Shown here one piece after another: positions 9,004 through 18,581 of a DNA stretch of 64,000 nt (position 1 is the stretch's first letter; each line of letters begins with the position of its first letter). Source of the stretch: an uncultured Alphaproteobacteria bacterium (GTDB lineage: Bacteria; Pseudomonadota; Alphaproteobacteria; RF32; CAG-239). The translations under genes and the position numbers were made by a program. The stretch lies in the NCBI GenBank assembly GCA_910577095.1, contig CAJTLY010000007.1:34317-98316 (forward strand). Reading direction: 5' to 3'. The notes under the pieces were generated by a model. That model was not told the origin of the DNA, made no database searches, and saw nothing but the letters and a program-made list of their open reading frames with translations.

Positions 9004-11325
9004 CTATTCAGGAAGTTTGCAATCGCGATGCAGCGCAATCTCCAAAACCTCATCGGCGGTCGAAACCGGAATAATCTTAAGACCTTCTTTAACATTGTCG
9101 GGTATCTCGACCAGATCCTTCTCGTTGTCCTTGGGAATAATAACCGTTTTAATACCGCCGCGCAAAGCCGACAACAGTTTTTCCTTAAGACCGCCGATCG
9201 GCAGTACCCTGCCCTGAAGCGTGATTTCACCGGTCATCGCAACGTCTTTGCGTACCGGAATTTTCGTCAAAACCGACACCAAAGTCGTATACATGGCGAT
9301 ACCGGCCGACGGACCGTCCTTGGGGGTTGCGCCTTCCGGGACGTGAACGTGAATATCGGTTTTTTCAAACACTTCCGGCTGAATTCCCAGTTTTTCGGCA
9401 TGAGAGCGAACCACCGAATAGGCGGTTTCAATCGACTCTTTCATCACGTCACCCAGTTTTCCGGTTTGTTTGACTGTCCCTTTTCCGGGCATATCGACCG
9501 CTTCGATAAACAGGATGTCGCCGCCGACTTCGGTCCATGCCAGTCCGGTTGTGACGCCGATATGGTCTTCGTCTTCCGCTTCGCCGTAACGGAATTTGCG
9601 CACGCCGAGATAGTCACCGAGGTTGGCGGCGTCAACCGTCACTTTGTCACTGCATTTGTTCAGCAGCAAATTTTTTATCGCCTTGCGCGCAATGTTGGTA
9701 AGCTCGCGTTCCAAATTGCGCACCCCGGCTTCACGCGTATAATAACGGATAATATCGCGGATCGCTTCGTTACTGATAAACAGCTCTTCCGGCTTAACCG
9801 CATTCTCGGCAAAAATTTTCGGCATCAGATGGCGTTTGGCAATCTGAATCTTTTCATCTTCGGTATAGCCCGACAAACGAATGATCTCCATACGGTCCAG
9901 AAGCGGCCGCGGCATGTCCAGACTGTTAGCGGTGGTAACAAACATCACATCCGACAAATCGTAATCAACTTCCAGGTAATGGTCGTTAAAGCTGTTGTTT
10001 TGTTCCGGATCCAAAACCTCCAGCAGCGCCGATGACGGATCACCGCGCCAGTCGCTGCCCAACTTATCAATCTCGTCAAGCAAAAACAGCGGGTTGGAGG
10101 TTCCGGCTTTTTTCATTCCTTTAATGATTTTTCCCGGCATTGATCCGATATAAGTACGGCGGTGGCCGCGAATTTCGGCTTCGTCCCGCATGCCGCCCAA
10201 CGATGTACGGACAAAACTGCGTCCGGTGGCGCGGGCAATCGATTTGCCCAGCGAAGTTTTGCCCACGCCCGGCGGTCCGAACAAACACAAAATCGGTCCT
10301 TTAATTTTGTCGGCCCGCGACTGTACCGCCAGATATTCGATAATCCGCTCTTTAACCTTTTCCAGCCCGTAATGATCGGCGTCAAGAATCTCCGCCGCTT
10401 TTTTCAAATCTTTGTTGACTTTGGAACGTTTATGCCACGGAATGTCCAACAGCCAGTCCAGATAATTGCGCACGACCGTGGCTTCTGCCGACATCATGCT
10501 CATGGTTTTCAGCTTTTTGACTTCGGAAAGCGCTTTTTCTTTGGCTTCTTTGGAAAGCTTGGTCTTTTCGATCTTTTGCATATAGGCGTCGATTTCGCTT
10601 TCCTCGTCACCGTCACCGAGTTCTTTCTGAATGGCGCGCATTTGTTCGTTCAGATAATACTCTTTCTGACTCTTTTCCATTTGTTTTTTAACGCGCGACT
10701 TAATTTTATTTTCCACCTCCAGCAAGGTGATTTCGCTGTCCATGAATTCGAGAATTTTATTGAAGCGGTCTTTGAGCGTACGCCCTTCCAAAAGGATTTG
10801 CTTCTCGTCAATTTTTAACGTCAGGTGCGAAGCAATCGTGTCCGCCAGTTTGTTGTAATCGTCAATCTGGCTGACCGAAACCAAAACTTCGGGCGGCACT
10901 TTTTTAGACAGCTTGACATATTCTTCAAATTGCGACAGAACCGCACGCGCCAACGCTTCGGTCTCAACGTCGGTGACATCGTCTTCCGGCAGTATTTCCG
11001 CCGTCACTTTCATAAAACCTTCGCCGGGAACGAATTCGTCTATTTTTACCCGTTCCAGCCCTTCGACCAACACCTTCACCGTTCCGTCAGGCAGCCTGAC
11101 CAACTGCACGACGGTGCCCAGCGTCCCTATTTTGAAAATATCATCGGGGACCGGATCTTCGACGGCGGCGTCTTTCTGAGTTGCCAGCACGATATTTTGA
11201 TCATTATCAATCGCCGACTGCAGGGCTTTTATCGATTTCTCCCGGCCGACAAACAACGGCACGATCATTTTCGGATAAACAACGATATCACGCAGCGGAA
11301 GGATTGGATATATTTCTTTGTTCAT
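9004..11325 (-). CDS. lon: ATP-dependent Lon protease
   Basis: About 773 aa. Has the [11 protein letters not shown]-domain, Walker [10 protein letters not shown], and protease motif PKDGPSAG. The ATG at 11325 is preferred over the GTG at 11331. Confidence 0.97.
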   Translation of the reverse strand: MNKEIYPILPLRDIVVYPKMIVPLFVGREKSIKALQSAIDNDQNIVLATQKDAAVEDPVPDDIFKIGTLGTVVQLVRLPDGTVKVLVEGLERVKIDEFVPGEGFMKVTAEILPEDDVTDVETEALARAVLSQFEEYVKLSKKVPPEVLVSVSQIDDYNKLADTIASHLTLKIDEKQILLEGRTLKDRFNKILEFMDSEITLLEVENKIKSRVKKQMEKSQKEYYLNEQMRAIQKELGDGDEESEIDAYMQKIEKTKLSKEAKEKALSEVKKLKTMSMMSAEATVVRNYLDWLLDIPWHKRSKVNKDLKKAAEILDADHYGLEKVKERIIEYLAVQSRADKIKGPILCLFGPPGVGKTSLGKSIARATGRSFVRTSLGGMRDEAEIRGHRRTYIGSMPGKIIKGMKKAGTSNPLFLLDEIDKLGSDWRGDPSSALLEVLDPEQNNSFNDHYLEVDYDLSDVMFVTTANSLDMPRPLLDRMEIIRLSGYTEDEKIQIAKRHLMPKIFAENAVKPEELFISNEAIRDIIRYYTREAGVRNLERELTNIARKAIKNLLLNKCSDKVTVDAANLGDYLGVRKFRYGEAEDEDHIGVTTGLAWTEVGGDILFIEAVDMPGKGTVKQTGKLGDVMKESIETAYSVVRSHAEKLGIQPEVFEKTDIHVHVPEGATPKDGPSAGIAMYTTLVSVLTKIPVRKDVAMTGEITLQGRVLPIGGLKEKLLSALRGGIKTVIIPKDNEKDLVEIPDNVKEGLKIIPVSTADEVLEIALHRDCKLPE

Positions 11326-11437
11326 TAGCACTTTGTCCTGATTAATTATGATTTCTAATATATAGGTAATTATATTTAAACTGCAACCTCTGTGATGTAT
11401 TTATTGCACCGAATTCTTACCCGAAGCCGCAAACCGC

Positions 11438-11474
11438 AAAAAAAATCCCCGGTTAACAAAAAGTTATCCGGGGA
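11438..11474 (-). terminator. terminator after the aminotransferase gene
   Basis: On the minus strand, a tccccgg...ccgggga hairpin followed by T8. Confidence 0.55.
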
Positions 11475-11509
11475 GGTTGTTTTATATTTTTTGAGACCGA
11501 TCTCTCCGC

Positions 11510-12670
11510 TTAGGCGGCTTTGCTCATTTTTCTGGAAGCAAACTCGTTCATTTTTGCAATAACATAATCCAGATCTTCGTCATCCAGATACGGAGTCATC
11601 GGGATAGACAGAGCCGTTTTGGAAAGATGTTCGCAAACCGGCAGCGAGCGGGTATTCCATTTGGCATAGGCCGTCTGGGTATTGACCGGACGCGGATAGT
11701 AAGCGCCGCAGGGAATTCCGTTTTCTTTCAAAAACGCCATCAATTCGTCTCTTTCTTCGCAATGAACGGTATACAAAGCGTAAGCCGACCGGCAGTTGTC
11801 AAGAATCTTCTGTTTGCCGAAATATTCGCTCAATTCGTCATCATAACGTTTGGCAACCCGGCAGCGGTCTTTCAGTTCCTGATCAAATACCGTCAGTTTT
11901 TGTAACAAAACCGCACCCTGGAACGAATTCATACGGCCCGTCATTCCCAAACGGACGTTGTCGTAGTGGTCTTCGGGACTCATACCGTGAACACGGCAAG
12001 ATTTAACCAGTTCGTTTTCTTCTTCCGAATTGCTGAATACGGCACCGCCGTCACCGTAGCAGCCGAGCGGTTTGGTCGGATAGAAAGAGGTGGCGGACAT
12101 ATCGGCAATTGAGCCGGCTTTTTTGCCTTTATAAACCGAACCGTAAGACTGGCAGGAGTCAGACAAAACTTTCATTCCGTTGTCATGGGCAATTTTGATA
12201 ATGGCGTCGTAATCGCACGGAGAACCGAAAATGTCAACCGCAACCACGGCTTTCAAATTCAGTTTTCCTTCTTTTTTGACTTCGTCAATTGCCCGTTGCA
12301 AGTCCTTGGGATCCATGTTGTAAGTATCGGGATCGGAATCTACAAAAATCGGGGTCGCACCCAACAAGACCGGTGCTTCGGCCGAGGCAACGAAAGTAAA
12401 GGAAGACACAAAGACGGCATCGCCTTCCTTAACGCCCCAGGCCATCAGGGCCAAGGTCAGCGCATCGGTTCCCGAACCGCAGGTTGAGCAGTATTTGGTG
12501 CCGGAATAAGCAGCCAGTTTTTCATCCAGTTCTCTGGTTTCCGGTCCCTGGCAGTAGGCACCGTGGTTAAGAATATTTTCAAAAGCTTTCAAAAACTTGT
12601 CCTGACCGATAACGCTCTGGGAAGTTTTGCAGTCAAACAACATAATCGGTTTGTTGGGTTTGCTCGTCAT
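11510..12670 (-). CDS. DegT/DnrJ/EryC1/StrS family aminotransferase
   Basis: The ORF extends to 12817, but the ATG at 12670 has AAGGA 8 nt upstream. Sugar aminotransferase layout (GTDALTLAL, FYPTKPLG). Confidence 0.85.
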   Translation of the reverse strand: MTSKPNKPIMLFDCKTSQSVIGQDKFLKAFENILNHGAYCQGPETRELDEKLAAYSGTKYCSTCGSGTDALTLALMAWGVKEGDAVFVSSFTFVASAEAPVLLGATPIFVDSDPDTYNMDPKDLQRAIDEVKKEGKLNLKAVVAVDIFGSPCDYDAIIKIAHDNGMKVLSDSCQSYGSVYKGKKAGSIADMSATSFYPTKPLGCYGDGGAVFSNSEEENELVKSCRVHGMSPEDHYDNVRLGMTGRMNSFQGAVLLQKLTVFDQELKDRCRVAKRYDDELSEYFGKQKILDNCRSAYALYTVHCEERDELMAFLKENGIPCGAYYPRPVNTQTAYAKWNTRSLPVCEHLSKTALSIPMTPYLDDEDLDYVIAKMNEFASRKMSKAA

Positions 12671-12899
12671 ATTTGGTATCCTTATCAAAAAGTTTTCAAC
12701 TGGAAGGCATACTATGTCAAAAAACCGCCGATTGCAAAACACAAAAAATTTCCGGATTGTAACAATCGGCGCTCCGCTGAGCGAAATTTTTCCCAAAATC
12801 GGCAAAGTTATACCCACGACAATGCTTTTTCCCGTTGATATTAAGTTATACTGTTGCTATATTAGGCAAAAATTTACCGATTTAACGAGAAAGGGTCAT

Positions 12900-13661
12900 A
12901 TGTTGTTCAAATATTCATTACTGCTGGCCGTTTTACTGAGCGGAACCGCTTTCGGCGTTCATGCCGCCGAAGACAACTCCGATTGGCTGGAAAGCTATAA
13001 CCGCGCCGTTTTCAATTTCAACTACCAACTCGATAAATATACGCTCAAACCGATTGCCAAAGGTTATCGCGCCGTTACAACACCCGATATCCGCAACCGG
13101 GTCAATTCGGCACTGTTCAATGTTATTGAACCGGTTTCTGCAGGCAACCACGCGCTGCAGGGAAACGGACAAAAAGCTGTAACGTCGGTGGCGCGTTTCC
13201 TGATTAATTCTACGCTCGGTCTCGGCGGTATGTTTGATGTTGCCGAAGGCTGGGGGCTCAAAAAGAACCGTACCAACTTTGATGAAACTCTTGCAACGTG
13301 GTGTGTGCCGGACGGCCCGTTCTTTATGATGCCGATATTAGGTCCCACAACCCCGCGGGCTTTAACCGGAACCGCCGTCGGCGCCGTCAGCAATCCGGTT
13401 TACCTGTCAACGTTAAACGATGCCAACTACAGAGATAAAATTACTTGGAGTTATACTGCCGTTGATGCAATTGCCAGCCGCGAACGTTCGCTGGACCTGC
13501 TTGACGATCTGGAAAAGAACTCGGTTGATTTTTACACCACCGTTCGTTCCGCATATATGCAAAACCGCCAGTCTCTCCGGCAATTGTGCCGTTCGAACAA
13601 AGACGACGGCAAAGCCAGCTATGACTTTGATTTTGAAATCGAAGACGAAGACGAATTTTAA
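12900..13661 (+). CDS. mlaA: MlaA/VacJ family lipid-asymmetry protein
   Basis: Internal ATG at 12900 gives the signal peptide MLFKYSLLLAVLLSGTAFGVHA. Motifs FNFNYQLDKY, INSTLGLGG, DFGQTL-like DETLATWCVP, LGPTTPR. No lipobox Cys. Confidence 0.85.
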   Translation: MLFKYSLLLAVLLSGTAFGVHAAEDNSDWLESYNRAVFNFNYQLDKYTLKPIAKGYRAVTTPDIRNRVNSALFNVIEPVSAGNHALQGNGQKAVTSVARFLINSTLGLGGMFDVAEGWGLKKNRTNFDETLATWCVPDGPFFMMPILGPTTPRALTGTAVGAVSNPVYLSTLNDANYRDKITWSYTAVDAIASRERSLDLLDDLEKNSVDFYTTVRSAYMQNRQSLRQLCRSNKDDGKASYDFDFEIEDEDEF

Positions 13662-13683
13662 TTTTTTTACAGGAGACTGTCTG

Positions 13684-14289
13684 ATGAAGAAAAATATTTT
13701 TGGCGTTTTAATTTCCTGCCTGATGCTGACGGCCTTTTCCGCCTCGGCCGCGGTAGACGCCGGCAACGCAAAGGCTTTTGTTGAAAAAGTCACTCAGGAA
13801 GGGTTGGTCGACATCATTAACTCCAACGTTTCGCAACAGGAAAAAGACCGCCGGTTTGAAAAACTGTTCAACGAAGCGCTGGATCTTAAATTCATCGGCC
13901 AGTTTGTTCTCGGCCGTTACTGGAGAACCGCCACGCCGGAACAAAAGAAAGAGTTTATTGAGGTTTATCGCCAGTTGAACGTCAAGACCTGGTCGCAACG
14001 TTTTGACGAATTCAGAGGCAAAAAATTCATTTTTAACGGAACCTCCCCTTCTTCTTCCGCCAACCAGATTTTTGTAAATTCGTCGGTGCCGATGGATCAG
14101 GGAAATCCGGCTTCGGTGGTTTGGCGGGTCAAACAAAGCGGCAACAGTTTCAAAATCGTTGACATTATTATCGAAAACGTCAGCCTTGCCATTACCGCCC
14201 GCAACGAATACACCGCCTTTATCAAAAAGTCGCCGAACGGCATTGACGGGCTGATTAAGGACCTGAAAGCCAAAGTTCGGCAAAACTAA
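13684..14289 (+). CDS. mlaC: MlaC/Ttg2D family phospholipid-binding periplasmic protein
   Basis: ATG at 13684 with AGGAGA RBS. Signal peptide, then the LGRYWRTATPEQKKEF motif typical of toluene-tolerance Ttg2D proteins. Confidence 0.8.
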   Translation: MKKNIFGVLISCLMLTAFSASAAVDAGNAKAFVEKVTQEGLVDIINSNVSQQEKDRRFEKLFNEALDLKFIGQFVLGRYWRTATPEQKKEFIEVYRQLNVKTWSQRFDEFRGKKFIFNGTSPSSSANQIFVNSSVPMDQGNPASVVWRVKQSGNSFKIVDIIIENVSLAITARNEYTAFIKKSPNGIDGLIKDLKAKVRQN

Positions 14290-14310
14290 ACCACCGCTGA
14301 CTTTTGTCCG

Positions 14311-14353
14311 CATTAAAAAAACGCTCCGAATATTTCGGAGCGTTTTTTTAATG
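14311..14353. terminator. bidirectional terminator
   Basis: Near-perfect palindrome cattaaaaaaacgctccgaa/ttcggagcgtttttttaatg. Confidence 0.75.
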
Positions 14354-14483
14354 CGTTGCATTCACAAATAAATATTTTGCGAGTGCCTTACAAAAGAGCG
14401 AAAAAAGAATATATAAATCCGGTAAAAAGTTTTTTTCTTATTAAGATTTGTCTTTTTAGTTTTGTTCAGAAAGGATTATCTCA

Positions 14484-15056
14484 ATGAAAATTTTAATTCC
14501 GATTGTCATTATCGCCGTTTTGCTGGGCATTTGGGGCGTCAACGGCGTTAACGGTCTGGTCCGCCAGGACGAAGACGTCAATGCCGCCTGGGCACAGGTA
14601 CAGAATCAATATCAACGCCGCATGGATCTGATACCCAACCTGGTTTCAACCGTCAAGGGCTATGCTTCCCACGAAAAAGAAACCTTGCAGGCGGTTATCG
14701 AAGCGCGTGCCAACGCCACCAAAGTTTCGGTCAATCTCGATAACGCCAAACAATTTCAGGAATACATGAACGCCCAAAGCGGTTTAAGCTCGGCACTTTC
14801 CCGCCTGTTGGCCGTCTCCGAAAGATACCCGGATCTGAAGGCCAACCAGAATTTTCTGGCCTTGCAGGATCAGTTGGAAGGAACCGAAAACCGCATTGCT
14901 GTGGCCCGCAAGGATTACATTGCGGTTGTGCGGCATTTCAATCAGCAGGTTCGAACCTTTCCGGGCGTTCTGTGGGCCATGATTTCGGGGTTGGGCGCCA
15001 AACCGACTTTTGATGCCGCCCAAGATGCACAAAAAGCGCCGATTGTCGCTTTTTAG
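14484..15056 (+). CDS. lemA: LemA family protein
   Basis: 190 aa with an N-terminal TM. Motifs RRMDLIPNLV and SERYPDLKANQNF. Confidence 0.9.
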   Translation: MKILIPIVIIAVLLGIWGVNGVNGLVRQDEDVNAAWAQVQNQYQRRMDLIPNLVSTVKGYASHEKETLQAVIEARANATKVSVNLDNAKQFQEYMNAQSGLSSALSRLLAVSERYPDLKANQNFLALQDQLEGTENRIAVARKDYIAVVRHFNQQVRTFPGVLWAMISGLGAKPTFDAAQDAQKAPIVAF

Positions 15057-15068
15057 GCAGAAAATCCA

Positions 15069-15749
15069 ATGAAAAAGATTCTCCTTGCATTCATACTGTT
15101 TTGTATTTTTCTTCACCCGGTTCGGGCAGCGGAAACCGATTATCCGCTCCTGACCGGACAGGTTGTGGACGAAGCCGGCGTCCTCACCCCGCAACAAAAG
15201 TCGCAGCTGCTGCAACTGCTGGCTGCCGACAAAAACAATCAGGTGGCCGTTGCCGTGGTCAAAGACCTGCGGGGACAAAACGGACGCGAATACGGGATCG
15301 AACTGGCCCGCCGCTGGCAATTGGGACAAAAAGGCAAGGACAACGGCGTGTTGATTTTGCTTTCGCCCAAAGACCGCTACGCCGGCATCGAAGTCGGCTA
15401 CGGACTGGAGGATATTTTACCCGACAGCCTTACCGGCCGGATTTTAAGACAGGAAGTTTTTCCGCCGTTGCAGCGCAATCTCGACTACGGCACTGCCTTG
15501 TTTAACGGAACCAAAGCGGTGATGACGGTATTGGCAGGCGGCGAGCCGGGGTTGGCGGACGAAGAGGCCTCTCCGCTGGAAGACGCCGCTTCCGCACTGC
15601 TGACCTTGCTTATGATTTATCTCATTCTTTCGGGACGCGGGCGTTTTTTGGGCGGCGGCGGATCTTTCTTTCGCCGCGGCGGCGGAGGCGGCGGTTTTCG
15701 CGGCGGCGGCGGCAGTTTCGGCGGCGGCGGTGCCGGCGGACGATTTTGA
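15069..15749 (+). CDS. TPM domain-containing protein (YgcG-like) with Gly-rich tail
   Basis: Signal peptide, a TPM-like core (VVDEAGVL...VAVAVV...NGVLILL...GYGLE), a C-terminal TM and a GGGGxF repeat tail. Sits 12 nt after lemA. Confidence 0.8.
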   Translation: MKKILLAFILFCIFLHPVRAAETDYPLLTGQVVDEAGVLTPQQKSQLLQLLAADKNNQVAVAVVKDLRGQNGREYGIELARRWQLGQKGKDNGVLILLSPKDRYAGIEVGYGLEDILPDSLTGRILRQEVFPPLQRNLDYGTALFNGTKAVMTVLAGGEPGLADEEASPLEDAASALLTLLMIYLILSGRGRFLGGGGSFFRRGGGGGGFRGGGGSFGGGGAGGRF

Positions 15750-15904
15750 GGTATTTTAAATACCGTCAGGCCATGTTTTGCCCCGGTGCCGGCAAGCGCA
15801 AACTCAAATGCCAAAATCAATTTATTTCCGCCCGAAACCTTGAAAAGCGATCACCGCTGCTTATCTAGAAATCAGTTATATTTTCATAAAAAGAGGAAAA
15901 TGCC

Positions 15905-16219
15905 ATGGGAACCATATTAAAATATATCTTTTACGTTGCACTTATCTTGGTCATCTATCTGGTCGCCAGAGGTATCTACGAAGGCCGAATTACCGAAGAC
16001 ACCACGGTTAAAGAAGTCGGCAGCAACATTGCCGACGGCACGGAACAACTGGTCAACGAAACCAAACGTGCAATTGACGACAACAGCAGCGATGCCGCAC
16101 GGGTTGCCGATCAGGCACCGGTTACCCGTCCGGCCGCTCCCGACTCCCAACGCGTTGCCGCGGCTGCCGATTCACAGCGTGCCGCCGCCCGTCGCCCGGC
16201 TCAACAACCGGTCGACTGA
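15905..16219 (+). CDS. small membrane-anchored hypothetical protein
   Basis: 104 aa with GAGGA RBS 7 nt upstream and one N-terminal TM. The C-terminus has a short repeat (A)ADSQR(V/A)AA. Confidence 0.5.
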   Translation: MGTILKYIFYVALILVIYLVARGIYEGRITEDTTVKEVGSNIADGTEQLVNETKRAIDDNSSDAARVADQAPVTRPAAPDSQRVAAAADSQRAAARRPAQQPVD

Positions 16220-16244
16220 CAACACTTCCCCCTATCCGTCCTCC

Positions 16245-16277
16245 GGCTCTCCGTCAAATACGGAGAGCCTTTTTCTT
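16245..16277 (+). terminator. Rho-independent terminator
   Basis: ggctctccg-tcaaata-cggagagcc hairpin followed by a T-run. Confidence 0.75.
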
Positions 16278-16447
16278 ATGCTGATCCCGTTTCCCTATCG
16301 CTTTTTGACAAATATTCGTTAACAAACCTTTCAAATTTATACAAAAAGTTGTGGATAAAAGTTAATAAACCATTTACTTTTAGGTGTATTTATTATATTG
16401 TTCGCGCGTAGCTTGAATCAGGTCCGTCCTGTTTCAGGCTTTTTTTG

Positions 16448-16482
16448 ACCGCCATAGCCGTGTGCTATGGTGGTTTTGTTTT
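16448..16482 (+). terminator. strong terminator-like hairpin only ~27 nt upstream of the 16509 start codon
   Basis: 11-bp stem accgccatagc/gctatggtggt with a 5-nt loop, then TTTGTTTT. Lies downstream of an already terminated gene. Confidence 0.5.
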
Positions 16483-16508
16483 AAACGTATAACTAAGGAT
16501 AAAATAAA

Positions 16509-17831
16509 ATGACTAACAAATTGCAAAACACTAACGATAATCGCCACGGCAGACACAACCGCTTTAACGTCGCGGCGCCGGTGCTTGCCCGACAGATTGA
16601 GGCTTTGTCAGACCCCGGACGGGAACCGCTCCGGCAGATACAAGACCGGCTCAACCGGCTGGGATACGGCGGTTTGGACAACAGCCTGATCGCCGGAATC
16701 AAACAGTTTCAGAAAGATCACGGCCTGCAGGCGGACGGTGTGATCAAAGCCGGCGGCGAAACCCTCCGCAAACTCAATCAACTCAGCAGTGACCCGCAAA
16801 ATTTCCGGCCGATTGCAACAGCGTTGCCCGATACTTCGGGTCTGAGCCTGCGTGAAGAACTGGAAGGCCGCTTTAACGGAACCCTTCCGATCGTCCGAAC
16901 CGATCCGCAAACCGGTTTTCGCTCCGCTTATTATTTCGGCCGCGAGAACGAAACCACGCCGCTTTCTTCCGACCGGGCAGCTCTGTCCATGTTGCCGCAA
17001 GCGCTGACGAAGAAAGATATTAACGCCAAGCCGCACAATTATTTCCGACTGCCGGAAGATTGTCACAATCCTCGTCATCTCTTGCGGATGCACCTGAGAA
17101 GGCTAAATCGGGGTGGCCGGCGTACTGGTTCATTTCAACCCGACCATACCGGTTACAGCATGATCTCCACTTGTGACGACGGCCGCCAGTTCATCAATAT
17201 GCAGGATTTGGAAAGAACTGATGATGGTAAGATCATCTTTAACCACAGTTATACACCGGCACGGAATTACCTCACCGACCACGGCATCGTCACCTGGAGT
17301 ACCGAAATACCGGAAGAGATGAAAGCTCATTACGATAACATGACAGATTATCTCAATGCCAAAAATGCTTCTCACCGCATTGTGGCATTGGGAAATGAGG
17401 CGGAACGCATTTATAATCTGATGGGATTTGAAAACGAGCTGATAAACGCAGTACCGGATCAACAAAAACCGGAATACGGCCTTTCCTTTGATAACTGCAA
17501 TACTTCCACTCAATGGAAAAAAGATAACCACCTTTCCAATTTTGAAGGTGATATAGAAGATATGATGGGCAATCATGTTGCCGGAGAAGGATGGGAAATG
17601 TGGAGAAATGTTAACGACCATTATCAAATTGTCGATGCGGCCAGAAATGCCTTGCTGGCACACAACCCGAAAATTGATTTTGCCGAGATCTGCAATATTC
17701 ATTGGAGTGATATCAACCAACCGCAGGGCGAAATGATGCGTTTTTCCGACAATCAGCGCAACTATATCGTTGATAAAAATCCCAACTATAGGGGTACATA
17801 TCAAGTTATGGTACAGTCGCGGCGGAAATAA
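16509..17831 (+). CDS. hypothetical modular protein with N-terminal peptidoglycan-binding (PG_binding_1-like) domain
   Basis: 440-aa uninterrupted ORF. LGYGGLDNSLIAGIKQFQKDHGLQADGVIKAGGETLRKL matches the PG-binding repeat pattern. The C-terminal ~220 aa are unrecognised and lower in G+C. Confidence 0.7.
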   Translation: MTNKLQNTNDNRHGRHNRFNVAAPVLARQIEALSDPGREPLRQIQDRLNRLGYGGLDNSLIAGIKQFQKDHGLQADGVIKAGGETLRKLNQLSSDPQNFRPIATALPDTSGLSLREELEGRFNGTLPIVRTDPQTGFRSAYYFGRENETTPLSSDRAALSMLPQALTKKDINAKPHNYFRLPEDCHNPRHLLRMHLRRLNRGGRRTGSFQPDHTGYSMISTCDDGRQFINMQDLERTDDGKIIFNHSYTPARNYLTDHGIVTWSTEIPEEMKAHYDNMTDYLNAKNASHRIVALGNEAERIYNLMGFENELINAVPDQQKPEYGLSFDNCNTSTQWKKDNHLSNFEGDIEDMMGNHVAGEGWEMWRNVNDHYQIVDAARNALLAHNPKIDFAEICNIHWSDINQPQGEMMRFSDNQRNYIVDKNPNYRGTYQVMVQSRRK

Positions 17832-17840
17832 TCCGGGCTT

Positions 17841-18362
17841 TTAATTACGCAAAAAAGCAAAATAAGTGGAAAAAAGGGTAAAATAAAAAATTATCCTCAG
17901 CACTTGGGTGGTTCGGGTCGGCTGATGGTCCAAGAAACAGTCTTTGGGCAAACATAAGCCGACCATTCCCCAAAAAGTGGAAGCAAAGAAAATATACATG
18001 GAACCCGTTTCCAACTGATGACGAAAAGGAATAAGAGAATATATTATGCTCATAATAAAAAACACAACTGTCATAGATAAGGATATCCATGTTGCCCGTG
18101 CAAGAAATTGTCGCTTATTGTAACTGAAAACAGCAAAAATGTACGCTAAAAATGCTATAATGTATGGTGTCCCAAACAATAGCTTTTCAAATCCATAACA
18201 CGCCATCTGTTGGGGGGTGTGAGAATCATTCGGATCTGCAAGCATCAACAGATAAAATAATCCCGCTAAAATCGCGCCGATAAAATACAGCGCCCTCACC
18301 ACCTCAAACAATATCCGGCCGTATTTCAAAAATTTCTCATTCTTTAAAACTTGCAACATCAT
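17841..18362 (-). CDS. 5-TM paralog, array copy 1
   Basis: 173 aa, N-terminus MMLQVLKNEKFLKYGRILFEVVRALYFIG. Five hydrophobic segments and the conserved CLPKDCFLDHQPTRTTQ block. Confidence 0.75.
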   Translation of the reverse strand: MMLQVLKNEKFLKYGRILFEVVRALYFIGAILAGLFYLLMLADPNDSHTPQQMACYGFEKLLFGTPYIIAFLAYIFAVFSYNKRQFLARATWISLSMTVVFFIMSIIYSLIPFRHQLETGSMYIFFASTFWGMVGLCLPKDCFLDHQPTRTTQVLRIIFYFTLFSTYFAFLRN

Positions 18363-18473
18363 TCTTCCTCCATTTCTAAAACTCTAGGCTAAATGAAAAA
18401 TGATGTAAAGCTAAATTGTAAAATCCTCCGTCCTCAACAATCGTCCCCTCTCACGGCTAAATAATCGGAGATT
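18363..18473 (-). promoter_or_regulatory. conserved 111-nt leader of array copy 1
   Basis: Near-identical to the three other leaders. Contains GGAGGA just before ATGATG and a twice-repeated ATTTAGC motif. Confidence 0.55.
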
Positions 18474-18529
18474 TTAACCAAAGATATAATAAAGCAAAAA
18501 AGCACAGTAAGTGAATAAAAGGATAAAAA
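18474..18529 (-). pseudogene. relic of the 3' end of a further array paralog
   Basis: ttaaccaaagatataataaagcaaaaaagca... aligns with the last ~55 nt (stop included) of copies 3 and 4, then the homology breaks. Confidence 0.65.
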
Positions 18530-18581
18530 TTCTAACTATACAGATGTATATCAGGTTATGGGACAGCCAAAAGCCGAATAA
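18522..18581 (+). pseudogene. relic of the 3' end of a second copy of the 16509-17831 gene
   Basis: Ungapped alignment to 17772-17831. Translates in frame as DKNSNYTDVYQVMGQPKAE* versus DKNPNYRGTYQVMVQSRRK*, with the stop at the same position. Confidence 0.65.

Noticed and set aside
12627-12899. A long N-terminal extension of the MlaA ORF overlapping the aminotransferase start.
   Set aside because: The extension lacks MlaA homology and overlaps the divergent gene and promoter region. The ATG at 12900 yields a proper signal peptide and has an RBS.
15617-15820. A Pro-rich 67-aa ORF (PPPPKLPPPPRKPPPPPP).
   Set aside because: It is the antisense reading of the GGC-rich Gly tail of the TPM protein and is not an independent gene.
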